Shown: piece after piece, positions 29,056 to 38,368 of the stretch | How the letters are laid out: each line of letters starts with the position of its first letter | Position numbering within the stretch: position 1 is the first letter of the stretch | IMG/VR virus record: IMGVR_UViG_3300025723_000025 | Strand: one strand, 5' to 3' | DNA length: 64,000 nucleotides | Source of the DNA: an uncultured virus (IMG/VR IMGVR_UViG_3300025723_000025) | Taxonomy: Duplodnaviria; Heunggongvirae; Uroviricota; Caudoviricetes | Program-made: the position numbers and the translations under genes | The notes under the pieces: generated by a model | Told to the model about the DNA's origin: nothing | Databases searched by the model: none | What the model saw: the letters and a program-made list of their open reading frames with translations, nothing else

Positions 29056-29471
29056 TGTTTCCTCTTTCTCTTAGTTCATACATGATGATTGGCTTTGCCG
29101 TATTGGCAATGGCTGGTCTAGGGTATGGTAAGTACGAGCACTACCAGTTTGAAGAGTACAAGGCTGAAGAAGTAAAGAATGCTCGTGAAAAAGAACATCA
29201 ACAGCAAGACGCCGCAGATCAAATAAGGAAAGACAAAGATGCTCAAATTACTGCTATTAACAATCAGCTCGCTGATGCTCTTGTGCAGTTGCGCAACCGA
29301 CCCAGTAGGTCAAGTCAAGTCTCCGAAAATGGACAAAGTTCAGTCGGATGTACTGGAGCCCAGCTTTACCGAGAGGATTCAGACTTTCTTCAACGGGAAG
29401 CTACCAGAGCAGAAACAATAAGAGTGGCTTTAAAAGCCTGCTACGCTCAATATGATGAAGTGACAAAATGA
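29055..29471 (+). CDS. i-spanin (Rz-like)
   Basis: N-terminal TM, periplasmic coiled coil, C-terminal Cys; embedded lipoprotein gene. Confidence 0.75.
   Translation: MFPLSLSSYMMIGFAVLAMAGLGYGKYEHYQFEEYKAEEVKNAREKEHQQQDAADQIRKDKDAQITAINNQLADALVQLRNRPSRSSQVSENGQSSVGCTGAQLYREDSDFLQREATRAETIRVALKACYAQYDEVTK
29239..29421 (+). CDS. Embedded o-spanin (Rz1-like lipoprotein)
   Basis: +1 frame inside Rz; AAGGA RBS; signal peptide ending LLCSC. Confidence 0.7.
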   Translation: MLKLLLLTISSLMLLCSCATDPVGQVKSPKMDKVQSDVLEPSFTERIQTFFNGKLPEQKQ

Positions 29472-29683
29472 CAAAAGATCAATTGGCTTCTTACGTTACA
29501 TTAGTAGCCACTTTTACTTTATGCATCACCGTTTTGGCAATGGTAACTGTATTCATGTTTGGGTTTTTTAACCCTGATGTAGATAACAACAAATTATTTG
29601 AAATAGTTGGGCCAGCATTTCAGACCATTATTGGTGGATTTATTGGACTCATTACTGGTATCAAGATAGGATCTGAACAATGA
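29468..29683 (+). CDS. Membrane protein (2 TM), holin candidate
   Basis: Hydrophobic; overlaps endolysin start. Confidence 0.55.
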   Translation: MTKDQLASYVTLVATFTLCITVLAMVTVFMFGFFNPDVDNNKLFEIVGPAFQTIIGGFIGLITGIKIGSEQ

Positions 29684-30132
29684 TGGAATATTCAAAAGAT
29701 GGACTACACCTTACTGAACAGTTTGAGGGAGTTAAGCTCACTGCCTATCCTGATCCCGGTACTGGAGGAGCTCCTTGGACTATTGGTTATGGTCATACTG
29801 GCCCTGAAGTTCATCAAGGACTGACCATTACCCAAGAGCAGGCAGAACAATACCTTGCTCAGGACGTTAAAAAGGCCGTAGCAGATGTTAACGCAAAACT
29901 GACAGTGGAAGTTACCCAAGGCGAATTTGACGCCCTTGTGGACTTCGCATTCAATTGTGGATGTGGGAATCTAAATAATTCCACATTGCTTAAAAAGATA
30001 AACGCTGGTGATTTTCAAGGTGCGGCCCATGAATTTGAAAAGTGGGATATGGCGGCTGGAAAGCACATGGCAGGATTACTAAGACGCAGGCAAGCAGAAG
30101 AGCTTGAGTTCGTTAAAAGCATCGTTACCTAG
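29680..30132 (+). CDS. Endolysin, GH24 lysozyme
   Basis: FEGVKLTAYPDP..WTIGYGHT, FDALVDFAFNCG, GLLRRRQAE. Confidence 0.93.
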   Translation: MMEYSKDGLHLTEQFEGVKLTAYPDPGTGGAPWTIGYGHTGPEVHQGLTITQEQAEQYLAQDVKKAVADVNAKLTVEVTQGEFDALVDFAFNCGCGNLNNSTLLKKINAGDFQGAAHEFEKWDMAAGKHMAGLLRRRQAEELEFVKSIVT

Positions 30133-30186
30133 TGACCTTGTGGGAACTCAATCCTAGTGGGAAAATAGGCTAAAAATGGGGAAAGT

Positions 30187-30831
30187 ATGACGACACCGAC
30201 ACCTTCTTGGGTAATGACCTATGACAGCCTGACATCGACTGTTCTTCAGTATTTGGAGAGGTCTGATCAGGCTACCATTGATGCTATCCCTACTTTTATC
30301 ACTTTGGCTGAATTTGAGATTGCCCAAGAGATTAAAACCTTGGGCCAATTGCAGGTTGCAGAGTCAACTTTGACAGCAGGTAATCCAGTAGTCGCCAAGC
30401 CTGCTCGCTGGCGCAAAACTACATCGATGAACTATATCGATGCGGCTGGCGTAAGGCACCCTATTTTCGTTCGTAAGTATGAGTACTTGACCAATTTTTG
30501 GCCCAACAATACCGAAACAGCGGCTCCTCAGTTCTATGCAGATACTGATTGGGATCACTGGTATTTGGCTCCTACACCTGATCAAAATTATGCTTTTGAA
30601 GTGCTTTACTATGAGCGCATTCAACCATTGAGCTCGACCAATCAAACCAATTGGTTAACTCAGAATGCACCGACTGCAATGTTGTTTGGCACGCTATTGC
30701 AGGCAATGCCGTTCCTTAAAAACGACCAACGCCAAATTTTTCAACAAAAGTACACCGAAGCAGTCCAGTCTCTGAAAACAGAAGATGTGGCCCGAGTTGG
30801 TGATCGTCAAGCCGTTGCCGTGGATAGCTAA
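30187..30831 (+). CDS. Putative tail adaptor protein
   Basis: IPTFITLAE, LAPTPD..Y, NWLTQNAP..LFGTL pattern. Confidence 0.65.
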   Translation: MTTPTPSWVMTYDSLTSTVLQYLERSDQATIDAIPTFITLAEFEIAQEIKTLGQLQVAESTLTAGNPVVAKPARWRKTTSMNYIDAAGVRHPIFVRKYEYLTNFWPNNTETAAPQFYADTDWDHWYLAPTPDQNYAFEVLYYERIQPLSSTNQTNWLTQNAPTAMLFGTLLQAMPFLKNDQRQIFQQKYTEAVQSLKTEDVARVGDRQAVAVDS

Positions 30832-30833
30832 AA

Positions 30834-32054
30834 ATGACAAGTTACGTTTCCCCATATACAGGACAAACAATTTCTCCAAGTCAAGTTGGCTATGAGAGTT
30901 TATCCATCACCGCCGATACCATTTTGCAATGGCCTGTTAATGGCAATAGTGCAGATGTAGTCGCAAACATTATTGAGGTATCTGCATCTAGCGATGGCCT
31001 TAGCTTAATCATGCCTCCGGCAACAGAGGTGTCTGACGGTCAATCCGTATTGATCAGAAACATTGGCACGCATACAGTCAATATTAAGAATTCAGGTCTT
31101 GGAGCGATCACTACAGTTGCTCCCGGTATTGCTATTTACATTTACTTGACTGACAACACAACCGTCAACGGCACATGGAGCAACGTCACTTTTGGTGCCG
31201 GAACATCATCTTCTGATGCCGCCACATTGGCTGGTTATGGATTGACAGCTATCGGAGCGACTTTAAATGAGTCAACTCCAGTATCTTTGTTCTCATCTAA
31301 TTACACTTTGACGCCTGCAGATCGTGCAGGATTGTATGCATGGACTGGTGGTGCTGGCACAGTGACTTTGCCATTGGCTCAAACTGTTGGTGCTGGCTGG
31401 TACATCGTTTTAAAGAATGATGGTTCAGGCATTTTGAATATTGCCCCACAAGGCACAAACATGATTGACGTGACCTTCTCGGCATGGCAATTGCAGATTC
31501 AAGAATCACTTGTATTAGCTACTGATGGATTGAATTGGTACACCTATGCTTACGGTCAATCCGCAGTATTTGCGTTTACTCAGTTGTACCTTGTTATTAC
31601 TGGCGGCACAACTACTTTGACTGATGCACAGGCATCAAACATTATTCAAGAGTATGCAGGCACCTTGACAAGTAATGCTGTCATCATTCTTCCGCCAACA
31701 GTTCAAATCTATTCATTTAGAAACTTGACAACTGGCCCATACACATTGACATTTAAGACGTCAGCAGTGGGCGGAACAACTATCGTATTACCTCAGAATC
31801 AAACGATTATTGCTATTTGCGATGGCACGAACGTCTATAACGCTCAGACTTCAACATCTAGCTTTATTAATGCATTGACTTTAGGTAATGGTTCAGCATC
31901 TGCACCATCATTGTCATTCCAAGGTGACGCATTAACTGGCTTATATTTAGCGGCATCTGGTCAACTTGGTTTTGCCATCGCAGGTGTTGCGGCAGGCCAA
32001 TTAACCGCAAACGGATTACTTTTGCCTGTTGGTATTAATGGCGGAGCGTTTTAA
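30834..32054 (+). CDS. Tail-associated structural protein
   Basis: GSASAPSLSF..DxxTGLY motif; C-terminal GGAF. Confidence 0.7.
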   Translation: MTSYVSPYTGQTISPSQVGYESLSITADTILQWPVNGNSADVVANIIEVSASSDGLSLIMPPATEVSDGQSVLIRNIGTHTVNIKNSGLGAITTVAPGIAIYIYLTDNTTVNGTWSNVTFGAGTSSSDAATLAGYGLTAIGATLNESTPVSLFSSNYTLTPADRAGLYAWTGGAGTVTLPLAQTVGAGWYIVLKNDGSGILNIAPQGTNMIDVTFSAWQLQIQESLVLATDGLNWYTYAYGQSAVFAFTQLYLVITGGTTTLTDAQASNIIQEYAGTLTSNAVIILPPTVQIYSFRNLTTGPYTLTFKTSAVGGTTIVLPQNQTIIAICDGTNVYNAQTSTSSFINALTLGNGSASAPSLSFQGDALTGLYLAASGQLGFAIAGVAAGQLTANGLLLPVGINGGAF

Positions 32055-34342
32055 TGACTATCAAAGTCGCTGTCCTACAAGTTGGTGCAGGTATCCAACG
32101 GGATGGAACCGTATTTGCCGCACCAGCATATGTTGATGGTCAATGGGTTCGATTTCAGTACGGACGCCCACGCAAAATTGGAGGCTATAACGGGGCATTT
32201 TTAAATGCTCAAGGTATCAGTCGTGGCATGATTTTGCAGTCTCAAAATGGTGAGACTTGGGTCGTATCAGGATTTAGCGATGGCTTGCAACAGTGGACTA
32301 TTGATAACGATGACGCAGTAGGTACTGGCCCAACACCGATTACTCCTCTTGGAGCGGTAACTGGTGTGACCATTGTTACCCAAGGATCTGCCTATACCAA
32401 TGGCACATACACCAACGTCCCATTAGTCACAACTACTGGCACAGGCGCATTGGCAACTGTCGTAGTGTCAAGCAACTTGGTTTTCAGCGTAACGATTACT
32501 AATGGCGGAACAAATACCTATCCATTTAATGAGCCATTCACCATTGCAAATTCAAGCATTGGTGGAACTGGATCTGGATTTACTGGCTATATTTCTGCTG
32601 TCTCGAGCTATTACACAAGCGATGCAACATTGTGGCAATTTGATATCGGTTACGACCCATACGGTACAGGCCAAAATAATCTGATTGCCCATCCCGGTCA
32701 GAATTTGATTGACATTGACTCAACTGTCAATACAAGACCTTTGATTGGCCCATTCACAGGGAATACATTAAGCCCTGTGGGCGTTTTTACTGAGACGGCT
32801 AACCTGACATCAGGATCTAAGCTAATCACTTTTGCAAGCACTATTGCGGCGATTGGCGCAGGCATAACAGTAAGTGGTACAGGTATTCCAGCCAATACGA
32901 CTGTGACATCTTCCAATTTGGAGCAATATGGCCCAGTCGGAAGCGTTTCAATTAATACTGCTGGATCAGGCTATACCAACGGCACGCACACTGGCGTGTC
33001 AATTGTCGGCAACTATATCGGCTCAGGTGCGCAAGCAACTGTAGTCGTTACTGGCGGTGCCGTGACATCTGTCACCGTGACTGCTGGTGGCTCAAATTAT
33101 CTTTTTGCCGACCTTTATACATTAAGCGGTGGTGGTATTGGATCAGGAACAGGATTCCAAGGATCTATCTCAACCCTATCGACAATCACTGCCAATTTGT
33201 GGACTGCATTCCTAAGTAATGCGGCGACAACTTCAGGCTCTGAAACTCTGACCTTTGACAACAACATCGATGTTTCAGGTGGTGTTGTCATGTTGTTCCC
33301 ATATCTTTTTGTTTATGGAAACTACGGATTAATTCAAAACTGTGCCGCAGGTGACTTTAATAACTGGACATCTGCTGACTCGAACTCCAATAACGTAGCA
33401 TCTACCAAAGTGGTCAAAGGCTTGCCTTTAAGGGGCGGTACAACGTCTCCAGCAGGTTTATTTTGGACTTTGGACTCAGTGGTACGGGTGACCTATGCTC
33501 CGCAGACTGTGGGCACTTCTACGCTTTACTGGAAGTACGACCTCATCACTCAACAGTCATCTATCCTATCTAGCTCATGCGTCATCGAATATGACGGTAT
33601 TTTCTACTGGGTCGGTGTGGATCGCTTCTTGATGTACAACGGTGTTGTGCAAGAAGTTTCAAATACTCAAAACCTCAACTGGTTCTTTGACAACGTCAAT
33701 ACTGATCAACGTCAAAAAGTATGGGTTTCAAAGATTCCACGTTGGGGTGAAATTTGGTGGTTCTATCCTCGTGGCGATGCTACCGAGTGTACTGATGCGA
33801 TTATCTTTAACGTGCGTGAAAAGTGTTGGTATGACGCAGGCTCTGCCGAAGGTGCCGCTCGTTCTGCAGGTACATTCTCTGAAGTATTTAAAAAGCCTAT
33901 TTGGGCTGGCAATCAAGTCAATATTGCAGACGGATACACTCTGTGGGTGCATGAACAGGGAACTGATGAGGTATTCCTTAGAAACGTCAATGCTATTCCA
34001 TCGTATTTCGAGACAAACGTCTTGGGTCAAAGCGTTGGATTAGTGGGTAATGCTCAACAGCCGGGCGACAATAATTGGACACGTGTAGAAAGAATAGAGC
34101 CGGACTTCCAGCAAGTTGGCGACATGACAGTCACCATCACTGGTAAGGGTTATGCCGACGATACTGATCAGGTATCAAAACCATATACCTTTAGTCCGAC
34201 TACACTTAAAATAGACATGAAAGAACAGCGTCGTGAGATGCGAATCAGATTCTCAAGCAATACGCAAAACGGCACTTACTTCATGGGTCGAGTAGTATTA
34301 AGCGTAGAAGCTGGAGATGTTCGTGGTACCGGGAATCCGTAA
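32054..34342 (+). CDS. Tail nozzle/stabilisation protein with inserted beta domains
   Basis: WVRFQYGRPRKIGG, FYWVGVDRFLMYNG, EIWWFYP motifs; position before ejection genes. Confidence 0.65.
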   Translation: MTIKVAVLQVGAGIQRDGTVFAAPAYVDGQWVRFQYGRPRKIGGYNGAFLNAQGISRGMILQSQNGETWVVSGFSDGLQQWTIDNDDAVGTGPTPITPLGAVTGVTIVTQGSAYTNGTYTNVPLVTTTGTGALATVVVSSNLVFSVTITNGGTNTYPFNEPFTIANSSIGGTGSGFTGYISAVSSYYTSDATLWQFDIGYDPYGTGQNNLIAHPGQNLIDIDSTVNTRPLIGPFTGNTLSPVGVFTETANLTSGSKLITFASTIAAIGAGITVSGTGIPANTTVTSSNLEQYGPVGSVSINTAGSGYTNGTHTGVSIVGNYIGSGAQATVVVTGGAVTSVTVTAGGSNYLFADLYTLSGGGIGSGTGFQGSISTLSTITANLWTAFLSNAATTSGSETLTFDNNIDVSGGVVMLFPYLFVYGNYGLIQNCAAGDFNNWTSADSNSNNVASTKVVKGLPLRGGTTSPAGLFWTLDSVVRVTYAPQTVGTSTLYWKYDLITQQSSILSSSCVIEYDGIFYWVGVDRFLMYNGVVQEVSNTQNLNWFFDNVNTDQRQKVWVSKIPRWGEIWWFYPRGDATECTDAIIFNVREKCWYDAGSAEGAARSAGTFSEVFKKPIWAGNQVNIADGYTLWVHEQGTDEVFLRNVNAIPSYFETNVLGQSVGLVGNAQQPGDNNWTRVERIEPDFQQVGDMTVTITGKGYADDTDQVSKPYTFSPTTLKIDMKEQRREMRIRFSSNTQNGTYFMGRVVLSVEAGDVRGTGNP

Positions 34343-34578
34343 TGATTAGTTACGATCCCCGTGGGATGACTTGGGATCAGTACTGCAAACTGATGGCTGA
34401 GTTATTTGCCCCCAATCAATTGGGGTATGTGGACGAAAAAGACTGGAGAACTTGGGTGGACGGACTCAATGGAATCGGATATTTTGTGCAATCAGGGGTG
34501 CCTGACGCCCGTGGTTTTGAAAACTGGCAAGAGTGGGCGACACAGATGGTCAACATCATGTCGATAAGCCCACAATGA
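34342..34578 (+). CDS. Trp-rich hypothetical protein
   Basis: TAATG and ATGA coupling. Confidence 0.75.
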   Translation: MISYDPRGMTWDQYCKLMAELFAPNQLGYVDEKDWRTWVDGLNGIGYFVQSGVPDARGFENWQEWATQMVNIMSISPQ

Positions 34579-34856
34579 ACTTCCTAGACTTATTTAATGC
34601 AGTTGCAAGAGTGGCTCGACCAGCTCATCACGATTTTGTATCAATTGACACTATGGATCTGCGATTCGTGGATTCATGTTTTGACAGTTTGGACATGATC
34701 ATGATTGGCATGTTTATGGCGATGATCTACGATATTCCTGATGAGATCGCCAAGGAGATGAATCCTACGACCATGCAAGAAATGTATGATCAGATCCAAC
34801 AGCATAAGCGTCGTGATCCTGAATCATTGGAATGGGCTTTGGAGCAAATTCAATGA
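34575..34856 (+). CDS. Acyl carrier protein-like protein
   Basis: 93 aa, acidic; FDSLDMI phosphopantetheine-site motif, then YDIPDE..TTMQEMYD helix pattern. Confidence 0.72.
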   Translation: MNFLDLFNAVARVARPAHHDFVSIDTMDLRFVDSCFDSLDMIMIGMFMAMIYDIPDEIAKEMNPTTMQEMYDQIQQHKRRDPESLEWALEQIQ

Positions 34857-35953
34857 TCTACTTGACCGACTACAGAACAGCATCAACTACTCATGTCGAG
34901 TTAATTGAGAATCTTAGTTACCCTCAAAAGGTCAATTGGTTCCCTGAAACCTACAACAAAGCCAAATTGGGAATGATCTATCCGCCCCATAAACTGGCTG
35001 AAAAAGTCCTTGATCCGCAATTAATCACAAAAATTCGTGAAAAACCTGCGAAGACGGCTTTTATTTTGGCGGCTGGCAATGGTCACCTTGCTGGAATCAA
35101 CCCACGCAAGATCCCTGAAAATGACCTCAATTACGCCTATAAATTCCTGCCTTTTACTCTGACTCAGGTTTACGCCGGAAGAACAGCTCAGGCATTCGGT
35201 GAGATTGAATACATCTCAACTGACGCCACGGCCTGCGCCAGCAGTCTAAAAACCATGATGGATGTGCAGAGCCTGATTAATTACTATGGCTTTGATCGGG
35301 TAATTGTTTTGTCCTTTGAGGACGCTGTATCGAACTCGGTACTGGAATTCTTCGGGGAAGCGCAGGCAAGTCTCAGTTTAAAAGACGAAATGAAGGGCAT
35401 CACGCCATCAGCCTTTGATGAGGTTAATGGAGGATTTCACGTAGGTCAAGGTGCAGTTCTCGCAATCTTTGAAAGCGAGCGTATTGCCGTTGATCCTATG
35501 GCTCAATTGATGGGTGCCTATACCGCAAGTGAAAACCATACAAATGCCATTGGGCAAAAGGAAGATGGCGAAGGATATCAAAAAGCGATCAATGGAGCCC
35601 TAGCCATTAGCAAAATTGACCCAACTCAAATTAAAATAGTCAAAACGCATGGAACTGGCACAAAGTCTAACAATGTGGCAGAAAAGTTCGCTCTTGAGAG
35701 TATTTTTAATGATTTTGTAGCCACATCTTACAAACCAAAGATAGGGCACACGATGGGAGCGAGCGGCTTGCTAGAAACATGCCTTTTGCTGGATGATTTG
35801 AACTATGGCGTAGTGCCTAAAATTTTGAACAGAACGGCTAGTGATTCACGCTACCTGTCTGAAGATGCACTTAGTCCCGACGGGATGATTTTGAGTGTGG
35901 CTTCAGGAATGGGGAATGTTTATTCTGCCGCTGTGCTTTCAACGGAGTTATAA
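34853..35953 (+). CDS. Beta-ketoacyl-ACP synthase (FabB/FabF-like)
   Basis: Cys-His-His triad motifs TACASS, KTHGTGT, KPKIGHTMGASG; GFHVGQGA; C-terminal SGMG. Confidence 0.9.
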   Translation: MIYLTDYRTASTTHVELIENLSYPQKVNWFPETYNKAKLGMIYPPHKLAEKVLDPQLITKIREKPAKTAFILAAGNGHLAGINPRKIPENDLNYAYKFLPFTLTQVYAGRTAQAFGEIEYISTDATACASSLKTMMDVQSLINYYGFDRVIVLSFEDAVSNSVLEFFGEAQASLSLKDEMKGITPSAFDEVNGGFHVGQGAVLAIFESERIAVDPMAQLMGAYTASENHTNAIGQKEDGEGYQKAINGALAISKIDPTQIKIVKTHGTGTKSNNVAEKFALESIFNDFVATSYKPKIGHTMGASGLLETCLLLDDLNYGVVPKILNRTASDSRYLSEDALSPDGMILSVASGMGNVYSAAVLSTEL

Positions 35954-36385
35954 ATGATTGTTGATTCTAAACAGCGTAAATTAAACATTGGGCAGATAGT
36001 CATGGGCTATTTGGAGAGTACTCCTCAAAAAATGCCATTAAAAGTGATGCTACCAGCAGTTATTGCTGAGTTGTCAAACAAAAATGTAAAAACAAAACAG
36101 TTTGGCAATACGCTGTTTGAAGTCATTCCCGGAAAAGATGATGCCGCTTATTTCAAAGCATTTAATGCCGATACTGGGGCTAACTTTGTCGACAATGGAA
36201 AACTATTTGTAGTCTATGCACGTCGAGTTTTGGGATTAAAAAATTTAGTGACTCAATTTGAAGATCCAGCCATTTTGCATATTTTTAAAATTATCTCAAT
36301 GAATCCTCCAATGCCGGGCATGGGATACAAAACTCAACAACTCAAGTCAGGCGAGACTAGAGTCATTTTAAATTTAGGAGCCTGA
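35954..36385 (+). CDS. Hypothetical protein, possible degenerate GNAT-fold acyltransferase
   Basis: Starts right after the KS stop; size, secondary-structure pattern and position resemble T7 gp13-type genes (inference). Confidence 0.55.
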   Translation: MIVDSKQRKLNIGQIVMGYLESTPQKMPLKVMLPAVIAELSNKNVKTKQFGNTLFEVIPGKDDAAYFKAFNADTGANFVDNGKLFVVYARRVLGLKNLVTQFEDPAILHIFKIISMNPPMPGMGYKTQQLKSGETRVILNLGA

Positions 36386-36386
36386 T

Positions 36387-38366
36387 ATGGGTGGAGTAGC
36401 TTCAGCAGTTTCAGATGCATTTTGTTCGGTAGCTTCTGCAGTCAGTGATGCAGTTTGTACTGTTGTTAGTGATGTAGGTTCTGTTGTTTGTAGCGTTATT
36501 CAAAACCCTACAACTGCGATTGCAGATATAGCCGCAGTCGCAACTGGCAATCCTGAATTAATCCCGTTGATTAACGGAACAATTACCTATGCAACCACTG
36601 GTTGTGCCACAAAAGCTTTAGAGGGCGCCGCAATATCTGCAGTTACTCAAGGCGTAGGTGCAATGGGTTGCTTTGGAGGTTTCTGCGGTGCAGGCGAAGG
36701 TTGCGTTGGTGCAAGTGTTTGCGTAAGCAGTGCTCCTTCATGCTTTAACGGTGCTCAGTGCTTTGGATGCGGATCAGTATCCAATGGCTGGTACTGCTCT
36801 ACACCTACTGCTAGTGTTTGCGCCCCTACAGGTGGTGTTTGCACGGCTTCTGCAGGTGCTCAAGTATGTGCTCCAACAGATACTGGAGGACTGTCATCTA
36901 CTGGTGGCGTATGCACTCCATGTGCTGGAGCTTTACCATCAACGACTTCATGCGTAGCTACTGGCACTTGTTTGCCTGAATCTACACCTGTTGCTGATAC
37001 ATGTGCCGCACAAACTCAATGCTTGGCATCAGATAACGCCACAACAAATCCTTGCATCTCCAATGAAACATGCGTAGCAAATCAAGAATGTGCAACGATG
37101 AAAGAATTCTGCACTGCATGCAATGCTTGTGTTTCTTGCGCTGATTCATGCTTATCTTCTTGCAGTTGTGCAGGATGCTGTTCATGCGCATGTTGCTCAT
37201 GCTGTGCATGTGGTTGTTGTTCTTCCAACCCACATTTAAAGCTTCCTAAAATCAAAGGTGCTAAAAAAGCAGGCCATAAAAAAGTTAAAACTGCAGGTCT
37301 TGGCAAGCTTAAAAACATTTCCAGTGGTGCTACACCATCTGGTCTGAGTGGATCTTCTACTGCCGCCGCTGGTGCTGGTGCTAGTGCCTTGAGCACGCTT
37401 GGCGGTGGATCAGGTACGTCAAATCCAAGCCTTTGCACTGCCAAAGACGTTATCAAATACAGCCATGATGCAGGTGCTGACGTATTGACACCATTGCAAG
37501 AAGGCAAAATTGTTTGTTCCCCACTTCCTACTAACGCAACTTCATCTGGTATAACGCCACAAATGTTGCAGGCCGCAATGGGTAGCAATATCAGCGGTGC
37601 AGTGGTTGATCCAACAATTGTAGAAAATGCTCTTCAAACAGCACAGTCAGAAAACATCGCACCATCGACTACTTTTGCCGATGGTGGTTCTGCCAAGTGC
37701 CAAGATGACAGTTGCGGCATCTACCATCCAAAAGCTGGTTGCTTTAAGAACCCATTCTGTCAGGCAAAAATGACCCCTCAGTTTTCTAATACTGGGCCTG
37801 AGGTATTGCATGGCACGGGTAATCAGCATTCACAAAATACTGGATTGACTGCCCTTAAGCATATTCATTCATCCATCGGATCATCTATGGGTCTAGCGGC
37901 TGGTGGTTTGCCATCTAAGTATCACGAGGCGGCTCCTGAAGGGCATAACCCTGAATTTATTACTGGCGTGACTGGCTACTATGCTTGTGGCGGAGGTACA
38001 GGCCAATCTGACGATATTCCAGCGATGCTCCATGATGGCGACTATGTGATGGATGCTGAGACAGTATCTGCATTAGGAGACGGATCTAGCAAGGCTGGTA
38101 TGCATGTTTTAGAAGGTTTCCGTAAACAAGTGCCTCATAAAGACGGTGCTGTAGGAAACCCTGTCCCTGCCAAGATTGCTGATGGCGAGTACGTTTTCCC
38201 AGCGGCATTTGTCACAGCTCTTGGTAAAGGCGACAATAAGAAAGGTTCTGAGATTTTGGATGGATTGCGTGAGAAACTACGAGAGCATAAGCGAAATGCT
38301 TCCACGGACAAAATTCCTCCAAAAGCGAAGTCACCATTGGATTACATTAAAAAGAGTAAAGGCTAA
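36387..38366 (+). CDS. Cys-rich putative internal virion/ejection protein
   Basis: MGGVAS start; about 48 Cys by hand count; C-terminal GGGTGQSDDIPAMLHDGDYV and ADGEYV domains. Confidence 0.75.
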   Translation: MGGVASAVSDAFCSVASAVSDAVCTVVSDVGSVVCSVIQNPTTAIADIAAVATGNPELIPLINGTITYATTGCATKALEGAAISAVTQGVGAMGCFGGFCGAGEGCVGASVCVSSAPSCFNGAQCFGCGSVSNGWYCSTPTASVCAPTGGVCTASAGAQVCAPTDTGGLSSTGGVCTPCAGALPSTTSCVATGTCLPESTPVADTCAAQTQCLASDNATTNPCISNETCVANQECATMKEFCTACNACVSCADSCLSSCSCAGCCSCACCSCCACGCCSSNPHLKLPKIKGAKKAGHKKVKTAGLGKLKNISSGATPSGLSGSSTAAAGAGASALSTLGGGSGTSNPSLCTAKDVIKYSHDAGADVLTPLQEGKIVCSPLPTNATSSGITPQMLQAAMGSNISGAVVDPTIVENALQTAQSENIAPSTTFADGGSAKCQDDSCGIYHPKAGCFKNPFCQAKMTPQFSNTGPEVLHGTGNQHSQNTGLTALKHIHSSIGSSMGLAAGGLPSKYHEAAPEGHNPEFITGVTGYYACGGGTGQSDDIPAMLHDGDYVMDAETVSALGDGSSKAGMHVLEGFRKQVPHKDGAVGNPVPAKIADGEYVFPAAFVTALGKGDNKKGSEILDGLREKLREHKRNASTDKIPPKAKSPLDYIKKSKG

Positions 38367-38368
38367 AA

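Noticed and set aside
34853..35953. Host contamination or a polyketide/fatty-acid biosynthetic cluster
   Set aside because: Translationally coupled to phage structural genes on both sides; no other FAS/PKS enzymes present
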